This document shows, piece by piece, positions 63,006 through 63,866 of a DNA stretch of 63,866 nt (position 1 is its first letter; every line of letters begins with the position of its first letter). The notes under the pieces were generated by a model. It saw nothing but the letters and a program-made list of their open reading frames with translations. It was not told where the DNA came from and did not search any database. The stretch is from contig NW_027266264.1 in assembly GCF_022045235.1 (NCBI RefSeq), forward strand, positions 22,196,001 through 22,259,866, read 5' to 3'. The translations under genes and the position numbers were made by a program. The stretch comes from Haliotis cracherodii (lineage: Eukaryota).

Positions 63006-63866
63006 ATATCCGCTTTATCTGAACACATGTTTGCCAAATATTTTATATTAACTATTAACGTGAACAACCACATACGTGTTCCTTGATGTCAAACTTTCAT
63101 TAAACAATATCATGATGTAATAATTGTAACATACTTTATGGTGTTATTTCATTTGAATTGCTTTGTCGTGTGAATATAATATATAAAACCTACTTTGTAA
63201 TGTAATTTATATAGAAACAATTATTTATTGGTAAAATATTTAACGAAAATGTCAAAATTTCATTAAGAAATACCTTATAATGTAAAAACTTCATCAATAA
63301 ATAATATTAAGATAAGATGTATGTGTCAAGTGTTCTATCATATGTGTACAATGACAGTGGAATATATTTATTTTAATAAAACAAAACCAATCTAGATTAT
63401 ATATACAATAGCAAGTCTAGCCAACTCTAGCCAGAACTATTCTATAAATCAGAATCAGGACAATTATGTGTTTTAAGTTTAGAGGAGAGAAACGTATTGT
63501 GTAATAAAATATTTCATAGACTATATGTAAGTCTAATGTGTGTCATGATGTGACTTTTATCAAGAGATTTTGTTGTGGGATAATTTCATTGTAACATTCC
63601 TTAAGATGTTGATAATTTATTTCAGAATACTTTGTTATTATGTATGAAAGAATACGTTATGGTGTGAAACTTTCATTAAGAAAAAATACTTTAAGAAATA
63701 AAATAAAAAAACTGAAAGGAAATTTTGTAATTTACTCCATGAACACTTGGAATTTAGCTCAAGGTTGGTGCGAAGTATGGACATGAGGGCGTTGGTCGTG
63801 TATTCCCTGTGGCTCGCTTCAGCCTGCGTGCTGTGTGTGAGAGAGAAGCCCTACTACAAGTGAGTC

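Overview
Eukaryotic animal genomic DNA with GT-AG introns and dense SINEs/MITEs; the repeat content suggests a mollusc, possibly an abalone-like gastropod (inference). The window holds: (1) a complete 25-coding-exon PRPF6 (pre-mRNA processing factor 6) gene on + (93-24380, 926 aa when spliced); (2) a 5.3-kb 51-bp minisatellite with higher-order structure that creates a 1705-codon ORF; (3) two convergent, intronless, paralogous class B1 (secretin-family) GPCR-like genes that lack a signal peptide and the canonical activation motifs; (4) four SINE-like families, several MITEs, a Tigger/pogo remnant and an internally deleted DIRS1-like element that keeps its ITRs and ICR. The most unusual signal is that three PRPF6 splice sites have each been amplified into tandem arrays straddling the exon/intron junction: about 33 in-frame donors, plus 3 and 5 acceptors whose upstream copies read into stop codons. 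All identifications are by eye and from recalled family motifs; no database searches were run. Repeat boundaries are approximate.
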